Assembly: GCA_051294905.1 (NCBI GenBank)
Contig: CM119372.1
Location: 31,746,001-31,810,000, forward strand
From: Botryllus schlosseri
Lineage: Eukaryota
Reading direction: 5' to 3'
DNA: 64,000 bases
Below, piece by piece: positions 12,859 to 23,668 of the stretch (its first letter is position 1; each line of letters begins with the position of its first letter). The translations under genes were made by a program, and so were the position numbers. The notes beneath the pieces are model-generated. The model did no database searches. It was given only the letters and a program-made list of their open reading frames with translations, and was not told where the DNA came from.

Positions 12859-14158
12859 CACAGGTGGTCAGTAACGAAGTACTTCTACTTTTTCGAAGTA
12901 CTCAAGTAGTTTTTCTCTACTTCTGATACTTACTCAGGTAGATCTGATTTGCGCTACTTCAACTTCTACTTCGTAATATTTTTTTATATACTTACTTACT
13001 TTTCGCTATTTTCAGTATGTCAAGTAGAAGTAGTTTAATCCTCCAAACGGGAAGATGGCCTGAGAAATTTCGGGGCTGTTTTTACGGAGCATCAACATTT
13101 AATTTTCATAAAATTTGAGTAAAGCCCAGAATTTTCGTCGCGCTCGCGCGCAGTGGATACGGGGAGGCCAGTAGTATTTCACGGTAATATCGGTGAATAT
13201 AATTTAGGTAGCGGGTTGCGTGGTTCCGTTCACACCAAATTGTGCCCTTCGCCATATCAAATATTTCATCACAGTATATAATATTATGGCTCATCATAAC
13301 GTTTGAAACTGAAGTTTCGCAATCTAGCATTTACTCATCATATCGTAATCTAGCAGTCCATGGCGTGTTCTAATCGGAAAAAGTGGACTGTGACTTATTT
13401 TTAGTTTTAGAGCTGTTTTAGCATACCAACCTTCGACACGTTCTGGACTAAAGACATGAAATACATGCTCCGCTTTTAGAAGTAGTATTTATATTTTACT
13501 TTCAACTCCCAGTATCATATACTTTGAGTTCTAATTAATATCCGTTCTTTTGTCTGGATAACATACATGTTGAAGTATCAATGCAAGTGTAGTAATGCCT
13601 TTAATTTCCGGAAATAAAGCTACACAGTATGGCATTTTACGATCCGGCATATTTTTTAATAACGTTTACTAATCACGCAAAGTGTTTACACCGTATCCTA
13701 TACAACTTCTCTGTATTGCTCTTCGACTTAACTACAGACCTTATAATATGGGGGAGGGTGCCATACCATGATATTTTCTAAAACTTATGCTGTTCGAGTA
13801 AACAGAGGATTAGTATCGCATTTCCATAACAATACTATCAGTTCCATCCCTTGATGCGGACGAATGCTTATGTTGTCGAAAATTGGATACCTCCTCCCTC
13901 CTGATATGCATCAATATGAATCAAGCTCTACCCCTTTCGCATAGCTCGATTTGCCCCTTTTGACAATCCATGTGAGCGAATTACGATCGTTTTCACAACT
14001 ACTTACTCACTTGAGTAGATTTAAAGTCTGTCAATTCTACTTCAAGTCGTTTTTGGTTGCTTATGTAAGAAGTAATTCTACTCGTACTTGAGTAGATTTT
14101 TTCGTCGCTACTTCTACTTCTACTTGAGTAGCTTTCTTGACTACTTTGACCACCTCTG
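12859..14158. mobile_element. Non-autonomous hAT element with CTACTT/AAGTAG subterminal repeats
   Basis: TIR CACAGGTGGTCA / TGACCACCTCTG; TSD GTTATTAT at 12851-12858 and 14159-14166. Confidence 0.85.
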
Positions 14159-15669
14159 GTTATTATTAAAAGTCTTCAGTGGCACTTATCACCTGTCAAG
14201 GTCTTGTTTGCCAAGGACCTCAACGCAAAAAATCCAGGAAAATTCAAGACAAAGGCACTCGGACGAATCTACTACTAGAGAGAACAAATTCAGCTATAGC
14301 GGGCGATAGGGCGGGGTTAGATAACACATCAAACAGTGTAAAATGAAGGTTGAGCCTAGTAAACTCTTCGCGCAGCAATTTGCGATGAAATTGTCGTGGC
14401 TGTTAGGAAAAGTGTTTTATTTCAACAATCGATTAGTTAGTTATTGCGCTCACTTGGCATGAAGCAACTCTGTGCTTTCAAACTTCATCTGCGGTTGTAT
14501 TCACTAGTGATATGAGCCCACAGAAACTTACGCAGCGCCTCTATAGTAAAAATTCGATGCTTTATATAACGCTACAATATGGCGAGCATGCAATAAAACC
14601 TTAGAACGTCTTCGGTCGGAATCATCGTTTGATTATATCAAAGATTTCCAACAGGGGTGATTCAGCTGCTGAGAACGAAAGAAATCAAAGCAAAAAGTTT
14701 ATAATAGATAGAAACCCTGACAGAGTGTTCCAATGTTATAACGATTATTGAATCCCAAGTGAGGTCGAAATTAGCAAATTTCCCCATATGTATGAACGAA
14801 TTTGACTTGCTTGCATCTGCAGAAGTGCGAAATATATGCCGTGGGTCGTGTTGTGAGGTGCATAGCTGGTGGTGGTGAGGTACTGACAAAAATATATATC
14901 CTAAAAGAGTGGTTCCCAAAGTTGTTTGGCTTGTGGCACACTCTAAAACTTATAAAATGCTCCTGGCACATTTACAAAAAAGTTGCTTCAGAAATATTTT
15001 CACGTGCTAATGATACCCTGCAATATGCTTCTCTATGGAATATATATACGAGCAGAACGGCGTTGTATTGTCGACAAATATACCCACATTTCGTCCTCAA
15101 TTCCTATAGTCTCTTGTTACAACTTTTAATTTCAGTGTCAAAACAGACGTGCTATATGTTCGCTGAGCCATGACATTGTTGAGATGACTCGAGTCAGCTT
15201 TTACGTATGACTTGACTTAACTCGAGTCACTTTGCAAAATTGATTCGACTTGGCCGACTTTTTAAACGTTCCCTATGTATCAACTGAAACAATCGAATGC
15301 TATAATAATTCCACAAAATCACTATCTTCCGTCGCTTTGCCAATTATTGCGACGAGGACTCGGCTCGATCGGACTGCGCACAGATGTATTTTTAAGAGTG
15401 AAACACCGGTTTCTATACATGCTCCAGATATTATCTCAAATACAAGTTATACAGCAGCCAACACCCCAATCGGACGGATTTGGTTTTTATGATACAATGG
15501 GGTTATTAAATCTAGGTAGATACCGTATGCCTGATTAGTCATCGATGCATTCTTTGTATCAATTTCGTTGAGGTAAATAATTAATCGGTTGATTAAGTAC
15601 GAGACGCTGACTTCCTAGATGTAATGTGTTTCGTTCTTCCTTTTTTGCTATTGTGTGATTGCGGGCAAA

Positions 15670-15975
15670 GCTCACAGCAGTGTCACTAATGACTCACAGC
15701 GGAAAGCTGAATATTCGAGTGAACATTCGAGTGAAATTGGCAACGTGCATGCTCGATTAGTACTGAATTTTCATTCATGCTGCCAGCGCCATGCTGAGAG
15801 TGGTCCTAAGTTGAAATGCAAAGAATTTCAACCAGAGACGTTATAATGACGTGGAAAATTGTAATACAGGAAAAGGTTCACAGTGCAGAACCTACCAAGG
15901 TTCGTTTGTGAACGCGAACCTCCAAATTTTAGAGGTTAACGCACAGGACGCGAACCGGTGACTCACGATCCCACC
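15670..15975 (-). repeat. Inverted partial copy of the 5848-6833 MITE family
   Basis: Reverse complement of about 5860-6190 (for example AAAAGGTTCACAGTGCAGAACCTACCAAGG). Confidence 0.7.
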
Positions 15976-16578
15976 AACTCTGCTATTCACTATATTATTG
16001 TGTAAAACACACACATAGGGTTAAACTAGTACAGTAATTCTCCAGGAGCCGAAAGACTATATTTACCTGATAGAAGTAGGCCTACTCCACAAAACAGTAG
16101 GAAATTATAAGCGAAAATCCTTTAGCTAGGCAGAAAATTTTCTGTAGGATTCTGTACTATAAGGTGGACGCAATTGTAAAGGTAAAAGCGACTGTAACGC
16201 TGGCGCGGCCCTAATGAGTTCCTTGTCGATTGTTAACGGCTTTGTATCACCATAATCACTGATCCCGTGTTAAAACCAACGAAATACTGTTCATTGTGTC
16301 ATAAACCTAACATTTAGAATTACAGCCCCGTGTCTGAATAAAGCGGAGGATTGTCCAAATTAGACGGACTTATTTACGTGTAAAGTTTTATTTTTGATCC
16401 GTTCCGGAGCGTTGTACTCTGCACTATCATGTGTTCTTCGCAACTCCATGATTTATGCTACGGTCCGTGGACAGGCGAGTGTGTGACACTTTAGCATGCG
16501 ACAATTGGACAGGCGACTCTTGCACACATGGGTTACATTTTGAGTTGGGGTTGGGTTAGGATTGCATTTAGGGTTAGG

Positions 16579-16881
16579 TAGGCATATCATATTTTGATAT
16601 CCGAAAAAAGACACCTTTCAAAAATTGTGAAAGCTATAGTACCGGAAAAGAACAATTTTCGAGTAATAGTATTATGTTGACTAACAAAAAGGTCATCTTG
16701 ACCATCTCTGCTCCCAAAATACCCGTCGCGCCGTGTTTTTCGTTGATATTCTTGCCAACTCTGGCGTTCGCTATGTCGGAGTCCAGTTTTTCAGCGCATT
16801 TTAACAATTTTGCTAGAAAAAGAGGAATAATTCCCCAAAAAGAGGACAAATCCTCCTAAAAGATGACATATGGTAACCCTA
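16579..16881. mobile_element. hAT-type MITE (same family as 845-1201) inserted in a degenerate TTAGGG-like tract
   Basis: Imperfect TIR TAGGCATATCATAT / ATATGGTAACCCTA; TSD GGGTTAGG at 16571-16578 and 16882-16889. Confidence 0.75.
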
Positions 16882-19642
16882 GGGTTAGGTTCGGGTCCGG
16901 GTTGGGGTAAGGAATAGGATGTCTATAAGAGTTAATATCATGATAGCGTTGGGCTTAGCGTTAATGACGTATGCTAAAATGTCGCATGTTCAACAGTCGT
17001 TTATCATTGTGTCCTACGCTCACATGTCGGGTAACCTCATACTGCACCGTCGGTTTCCGAAGATGATAGCGCATTGTTTCACCGCGCTCCGAATGTCGGA
17101 TCGGGGTAGCAAACAACCAGTGAGGCAAATTCATCTGTGGTTCACCTCACTATCGTTTCTCTGCGGTGTCATTGTAAGTAACAATGTCGAGTTTCAAATT
17201 TAGATTTTGAGAGATTCCGTTGCTCAAGCAATATTAATTTTTGACTTTTTGACATCAGGTTGAAAAAGTATTCGATTAATACCAGCAATTACAAATTCTG
17301 AGCACAAGTGATGCTTCGCTGTCATTTCGAACTATATTTTTTAGCAATAAATATACATGATTTTAATGAACATCGGTAGAAAATATCAATATTCGTTGAA
17401 AGTTTTCACGATATTCTCTTCGGCTACTCATCCTGACGACAGATGAGGCCCTGCCTCACTTGTCTCCCCTGACCGAACGTCACTGCATATCAATCACAAC
17501 AGTGATTGCGATGGGAAATGCGTTATTCGTTAACGTCTCTCACTTTTGCGCCCAATTTGAAACTCAAGCTATGCAAGCTATGTCATGTTTGCGTTGGATT
17601 TTATACTTGATTTGAGCATCTCATGGCTAGTGATTTGGGTTCAAGTCAGTTTTGTGATCCATGAATACTTTAATTCATTCAATAAAGAGCCGCATTCATA
17701 TTTCGCATCTACTTTAGCAACCATAATACATTCATATTACGTAAAGTCGCTTTACTTTATCCTAAACCTTTTAAGTCACTTATGGTAGACTATAATTTAC
17801 AAAGATTCTTCGCAAGCGAAAATCGTCTCTGGATATGTAATTTGCTACTTACGTGAAACATCAACTATGTACTCTTTAAATTTAACATCTATTTTCATTC
17901 TCCATCACTTTGGCTTGAACCCGCTCCTTTGTGTTCGATTCGAAGAGAAGACAGAGCAGAAACAGCACACACTAATTAGGTTTTCCACGTGTGCAGCGCA
18001 TGTATTCTGTATGCTTGTGAAGCCTGAGTGACATTACGGACACTTCCTCTCTCATCTCCATTTTGCGCATACTTACGGAGGGAGACAAATTTGACATCAG
18101 AAGAGCTCCAATCTTGATCAAACTTGGCCTATTCAACATGGTGGATATATAGTTTTTAGAATAAAATTTTAGTTTGCTGGTTGTGATCTGATTTGTGGTG
18201 AAATTTCAAAAAATTACTCAAAACTTTGTATCGTATTCGTATCGAAACCAATCTTAGCGGAATTATATGTGCATAATTGTAAATTTCAAGCATTCTAACA
18301 TGTGCTTAGAGAGGCCTCTGGATACTTTATGAAGCATAATTCGGGATTACGAAGCATTTTGGTAATAAACAGGCTTTTGCACGTGTCAACAGTCAGATTG
18401 AAAGAGCCCCCACCCAATTCAAGCCCAAGGAATTATTGTGAGAGACTGACAATTTTAGGGCATAGAAAGTATAGTAGCCTACAGAGGACTCACCCACCAA
18501 TTTTTTAGTTTATAAGTTATAGCAATTTCGAATTTTACCTAACAAAACATAGCCCTCCCCCGTAAGCAATGATGTTGGAATTAGATCAGTGGTTTCCAAC
18601 GGGAGGAATTCTCAATAGGGACGGGAATCTAGATTTGATATTGTCAAAGCTCCTGCAAGTGGGCTGTATGGTAGCCTACACATATGCGTTGAACTGCTAA
18701 ATTACCTTGATAACTGTCAGATAGTTTACAGCAGTGGTTCCCAAACTTTTTCGGTGTGAGGGCCAAATTTAGAATTTCAGAGTACGGTCGGGGCCGCATG
18801 AATACTACGGCTATGAAACTGACCCAAACAGTCATCATGGGTATTTCGGAGTAGTTTTATTGCTCTGGCGAGATTTCAAAACTGTACACTGTTTACCGCT
18901 ACTTATCTGCTGCATTGGGTGTCCATTGAGTGAATCAGCTTTTCTCGTCTAAACCCGCGAAGCGCGCGAGAAATTTCTTTAGCTTCATGACTGAATCGGT
19001 CAATATGATCGGGAATTGCATGTATTGCTATCAATTTTCATCTTGTCTCTGTTCACGTAATCTGATTTACCGGTAGAGCTGAGTGAGGTGTGTTTGTAAA
19101 GGTATAGGCCTCCGCAATAGGAATTAAACACATCCGGGGGTATACCCGTTGGCAGGAACGTAACGGCACTTCGTCAGGACCCCGGGCTCCCATAGGGTGA
19201 TAAACTGACCCCGTATGATGTTGTTCGCATTTGCCACGAAATTAAAGTTGTACTGTTTATTGAGACAGCGCGACGCCCGAATATTTCGATAATTCATGAT
19301 AAAATCGGTGAATAAGATCGGGAATCGCGTGGTTCTCCTCTTTATGCCCACGTAATCCGATTTACCGGTAGAGCTGACGAGTGAGAGGTGTCTTGAAACT
19401 GCAGACCCCGTAAAATTGAACATCTTCGGGCGGGCAGACCCCTAGGTATGACTTCTTCACATGATGTTATTTCGTGACATCCTGATGTCTGCTATATCAA
19501 AAAATGTAGAATTGCCCAAACCTACTAAACTGGAAGATCACACGATTTCAGATTGGTATTTCTTCACTGGCATATAATTTTCTTTCCTGCAGGATGGTAT
19601 TTGTCTTGTGGGGTTCAGATTACCAAGACAAGAGCCATCGGG

Positions 19643-20035
19643 AGTAGTAGTATAGATCGCTCGTGATGTGGCAGGGGCTCTTATGGGCGGGGTGGTGACG
19701 CGCCTGAAAACCGGGGGTGGTGATGCGCCTTTTTAGACCCCCCTTGCGGCGGTGATGCGCCATGTGTTCTTATGGGTGCGGTCGTGATTCGCCTTTTCGG
19801 GTATAGGCTGCGGCGGTGACGCGCCTGAAAACCCGGGGTGGTGACTTGCCTTTTTTGCTATAGGCGGTGGCGGTGATGCGCCATGTATTCTTACGCGATA
19901 TGTGGTGACTCGCCATGTGTTCTTATGGGTGCGGTCGTGATTCGCACTTTCAACCATCTCTCGCGCGGTGTTGAATAGTCACCAACAATAACCGCACAAA
20001 CGGAAACGTGGCTTGCAAGAGGATTAAGCAGTGCG
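19643..20035 (+). repeat. Left terminal inverted repeat (about 393 bp), GC-rich, with about 10 GGTGAYGCGCC-like iterons
   Basis: Reverse complement of 49965-50539; one mismatch seen in the outer ~225 bp. Confidence 0.95.
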
Positions 20036-21670
20036 ACCTATATTCCGAATGACCTGCGCGCTGAATTGTTGCCCATACAGCTGTGTGCTACTATCGATTA
20101 TTACACTAGACCAGTCAGTGTGAAATAGTTTGATCGTAAATTATGATATATGATGTCGTAGTTTAGTCGTGTCAAATGACCGATCGTGTTCTCTTTCCTC
20201 GCTATTGATTGCTACCTGAATAATACTTTCGGCTTATTCGCTGTTTCGCACCTACAGAATAGTCTGCTGTTCACAGTCGCAACAAGAATCACAAGTATAC
20301 ACATTATACATTCATTTATTACTCTGAAATCAAACTCTTCACAAAAGCACGTACAATCGTATCATTCACTTTTTTATCATCGCCAAAATTATCCAAGTAT
20401 TCCTCGGTTGAAAACCCTTGAGCTCTTTTTATCAAGAATGCGATAGCATGATCTCCACACACATCCGAAGTTTTACTCTGTAACTGTTTGCCAGTCACAG
20501 AAAATTCATCTGGCTCCAGGAATTGGAATATCTGAGGTTTTAGTGGTCCGAAACCTAGTGAATCATGAAAATGAGTATCAACGTGTCAATTTGTCAACTT
20601 GAAATGAAACTTACTACACAGCTCAAGTTGATTCGTATCTGAATGTGTTAATTCGGTACAATTCTAATTATTTTGAGAAATCTTTTCGTGATCTTTTGAC
20701 TCGACCAAAACCCGAATATTACTGACGCCGACTTTCAGCCACATCGAATTATTCGCACATTCCGCGCCGCTGTTGTCACACTTATAGAATCAATACCAAC
20801 TATAATTCTACAAGAATCAAGAATCACAAGTATGTACAGTTATTGTCTTTATCAACATGAAATCAAACTCCTAACAAAAACACGCATCTTATCACTAGTC
20901 AACTCTATCATGAAAATCCTCGAGTCCTTATCATCAAAAATGTTATAGCGCGGCGTCGGAATCCATTCGTGGGATGTACTAAAGGTAAATCCAGATAATC
21001 CAAAATGAAATATTTGGACTTTGACATAGTCTGAATTGAAATATATTGACAAACATGACTACCAACTTTGATCCAGTCACATTTCAAGATCATACTTTGA
21101 AACAATCCTTGAAACTTACAACTCTATTCACGACTGAGTTTTCCGTTTATCAGTTTCAGTAAATACTATCGCGATATTTTAATGTGTTACTACACACAAT
21201 AGAATCAATCAATGAAATAACACCTGTTGTAAATATTTCTAACTTGACAACCACTTGTGCATACCGCGATCAAGTTGCGACGCGATGAGTTAAATCGGGA
21301 TATTTCAATCTATTTGTCGAAACCTTGAACAAACTATCAGGTTATTTTTTGTTGTAATCAAGTGAACGGAAATAGTATTACGTCTCAACATTTTAACATC
21401 TGGAACAAGTGCAGTATATGCCCGCTTCACTCGTGTGTATACTTGACGTCATTCATCATGATTCCCCATGATCATTTAATTCAATCGCCCTCTTCTATCA
21501 CTTAAACCTTTTTTCTTCTTATTCTCTCGTTTTTCCGCACGAGCTTAAAAAATGCTGACTCAGCATTTTTTCTAGTTACGAGGTTTCAGTTTTTTCCGTT
21601 TACTCCCATTTTAGGAATTTTGTCCGTTTGCCCTTCCTATAATACTTATTTACACTCTGCCAAAAAAGCT

Positions 21671-22114
21671 TTACATCTTTTGTATGGCTGTGGGTGGTAT
21701 AGGGCCTTCGCACAACACCACTTCTTGTACGTTTTATTGCAGCAGTACGACTCCCTAATTCCTTATATCTGCTGCTTTCATGCAAATTACCACATTTCGC
21801 TTTTTTCTTATCTTCGTTATCGTTTTGGTCAAATGAATGAATCTCCTGTTCATTCGTTCAATGCCTGCGGACATTATCTGTTTTGCATTGTTTTTAGTCG
21901 TCATGTGGTACAATATCTCGTTGCCTTTATATTTACAGTGCGGAGGAGGCAACCCTTTTGTATGTCCATGGGCAGCCGCCAAACCATAGTTCGAGAATAT
22001 TACTCTATCTCACCTTTTCATGACGTTCTTGATTTCTTCAATTTTCATTTGCACCCCCATTTTCTTCTTATGACGCCGCAAATTCCTTTCCAGGGATGAT
22101 ATCTTTCCACCGAG
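21671..22114 (-). pseudogene. Tpt1/KptA-like RNA 2'-phosphotransferase domain with three in-frame stops
   Basis: One frame reads ...LRRHKKKMGVQMKIEEIKNVMKR*DRVIFSNYGLAAAHGHTKG...EILYHMTTKNNAKQIMSAGIERMNRRFIHLT...RNVVICM...RN*GVVLLQ*NVQEVVLCEGPIPPTAI. This follows the KptA motif order RAxxGHS, LYHGT, IxxxGLxxMxRxxVH, V.L...IPP..I. Confidence 0.7.
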
Positions 22115-22334
22115 TCATTACAAAGATCATGGAGACAATGAGACTCTTGAGTTCCGTCTTAACGCTTGGACTGGTCCCTTGTTGTGGTAACTTGGCCAGC
22201 CATTGGCCAATGTGAATCTCGTGATGAACGGGGTTTTGTTGTTGGTGGAGAGAGAGCGAGGTTCTTCGTTGTCAGCAGAGATTTCCTACCTATTCAATCT
22301 AACCTCTGATCTCGGCGTGTGCCCACGCCTACCG

Positions 22335-23087
22335 TCACGCCAACGGACTCAGTCGCCGCCGGGGCCCTGTTTCTGGGGAGACGTGCATCCTAAAATCCCC
22401 AGACTCCTCGTCGGACATGACCGGACGTATATCCGGTTGACCGGCAATAGCTGCTTTGTTTGAACCTTTTGGGACAGTAGTCATTACTGTGGCTGTCGTT
22501 ATGCATCTATGGGCCGAATTATTACAGGTATTCGGACAAGTGCACCCACGAGAGCATGCAGGACCAGTTTTCTCGTGCAGGTCCTCAATTTCGCCAGCGG
22601 GCATTGCACGCTCGACGTCAGCTGTAGCTGTCGCCATGCATCTATGGGCCGAAGTTCTGCAGTTCTTCGGACAAGTGCATCCGCGAGAGCCTTTGGGACC
22701 AGTTTTCTCGTGCAGGTCCTTTTTTACGCCAGCGGGCATTCCACGCTCGACGTCAGCTGTAGTGATCGCCATGCATCTATGGGCCGGATCTTCACAGTTA
22801 TCCGGACAAGTGCATCCGCGACAGTTTACAGGACCAGTTTTCTCGTGCAGGTCCTCAATTACGCCAGCGGGCATTCCACGCTCGACGTCTTCATTAACGG
22901 TGTCAGCAGGCATTCCTGTCCCGACACCAACAGTTTCCCATAGGTTCTGTGTGACATTAGTTGCGATTTTCAACTCGTCGTTCGCACCAGTGGTGATTAC
23001 CATCTCGGTACTTGCGCCAGCGGCAACGGCCAGCGGCGACGGCCAGCGTGCCGGCTCGACGCTTATTCGATTTGCAGCTTCCATCAA
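22335..23087 (-). CDS. 250-aa ORF with three 45-aa Cys/His-rich tandem repeats, in frame with the upstream protease-like segment
   Basis: 135-bp period (CTCGACGTC at 22611, 22746, 22881); each unit has the pattern HEKTGP..xRGCTCP..C...AHRC. Confidence 0.65.
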   Translation of the reverse strand: MMEAANRISVEPARWPSPLAVAAGASTEMVITTGANDELKIATNVTQNLWETVGVGTGMPADTVNEDVERGMPAGVIEDLHEKTGPVNCRGCTCPDNCEDPAHRCMAITTADVERGMPAGVKKDLHEKTGPKGSRGCTCPKNCRTSAHRCMATATADVERAMPAGEIEDLHEKTGPACSRGCTCPNTCNNSAHRCITTATVMTTVPKGSNKAAIAGQPDIRPVMSDEESGDFRMHVSPETGPRRRLSPLA

Positions 23088-23668
23088 CCCATCATCGGTT
23101 ACAGTGTCGCGAGGACTGCTTCCGACTTTGGGTACGTCCCGTTGATATTACGAGATCCCATCATGTAGCGTTACTCAAGACAACTCTTCATTTGCGTTAG
23201 ACGATGTTCTCAACCCAGTCCCTATGCTAGGTAAGTGCTGTACTTGATCAATCCATTTGAAACCAACGGTTGCAAATAGAACCGGTCGTCCGTCAAAGAC
23301 AATTATTACCAAGGAGCTAACGTGGGGGAGTCACCCATACCACATGTCTATGGGTATGGGTTGCCGCTCCTCCAAGCGTTGTGTGTGTTTGGTTTTGACG
23401 ACGTTCTTCAAATTGAGGACACATCCCGTGTCGGCCCAGATTTTCCTACCTGTTGTTGTATCAACTAAATACAAAAGTTGGCCGCCGAACCATTCCGTAA
23501 AATCTGGCTACAAAGGGTCATCTGGTGTATCAAGAAATGTAAATAGGGGCAGGGAATCATTATGTACAGTTTTTGTGTGTTGGGGTAATAAATTATCTGG
23601 GAGCTGATTTACCGGATCAATCAGCTCCCGCGAGCGATTTTCGAGAGTCGAATACTTTGCTTCAGTTC
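23088..23668 (-). pseudogene. Retroviral-type aspartic protease remnant, in the -1 frame relative to the Gag-like ORF
   Basis: Reads RKIWADTGCVLNL (DTG codons at 23424-23432)...IPIDMWYG*...VIIVFDGRPVLFATV...LPSIGTGL. Four in-frame stops at 23508, 23331, 23175 and 23148. Confidence 0.55.

Noticed and set aside
16540..16920. Interstitial telomere
   Set aside because: Only a few degenerate GGGTTA units, typical of MITE interiors.
22456..23145. Plus-strand 229-aa ORF
   Set aside because: Antisense shadow of the repeat-containing minus-strand ORF.
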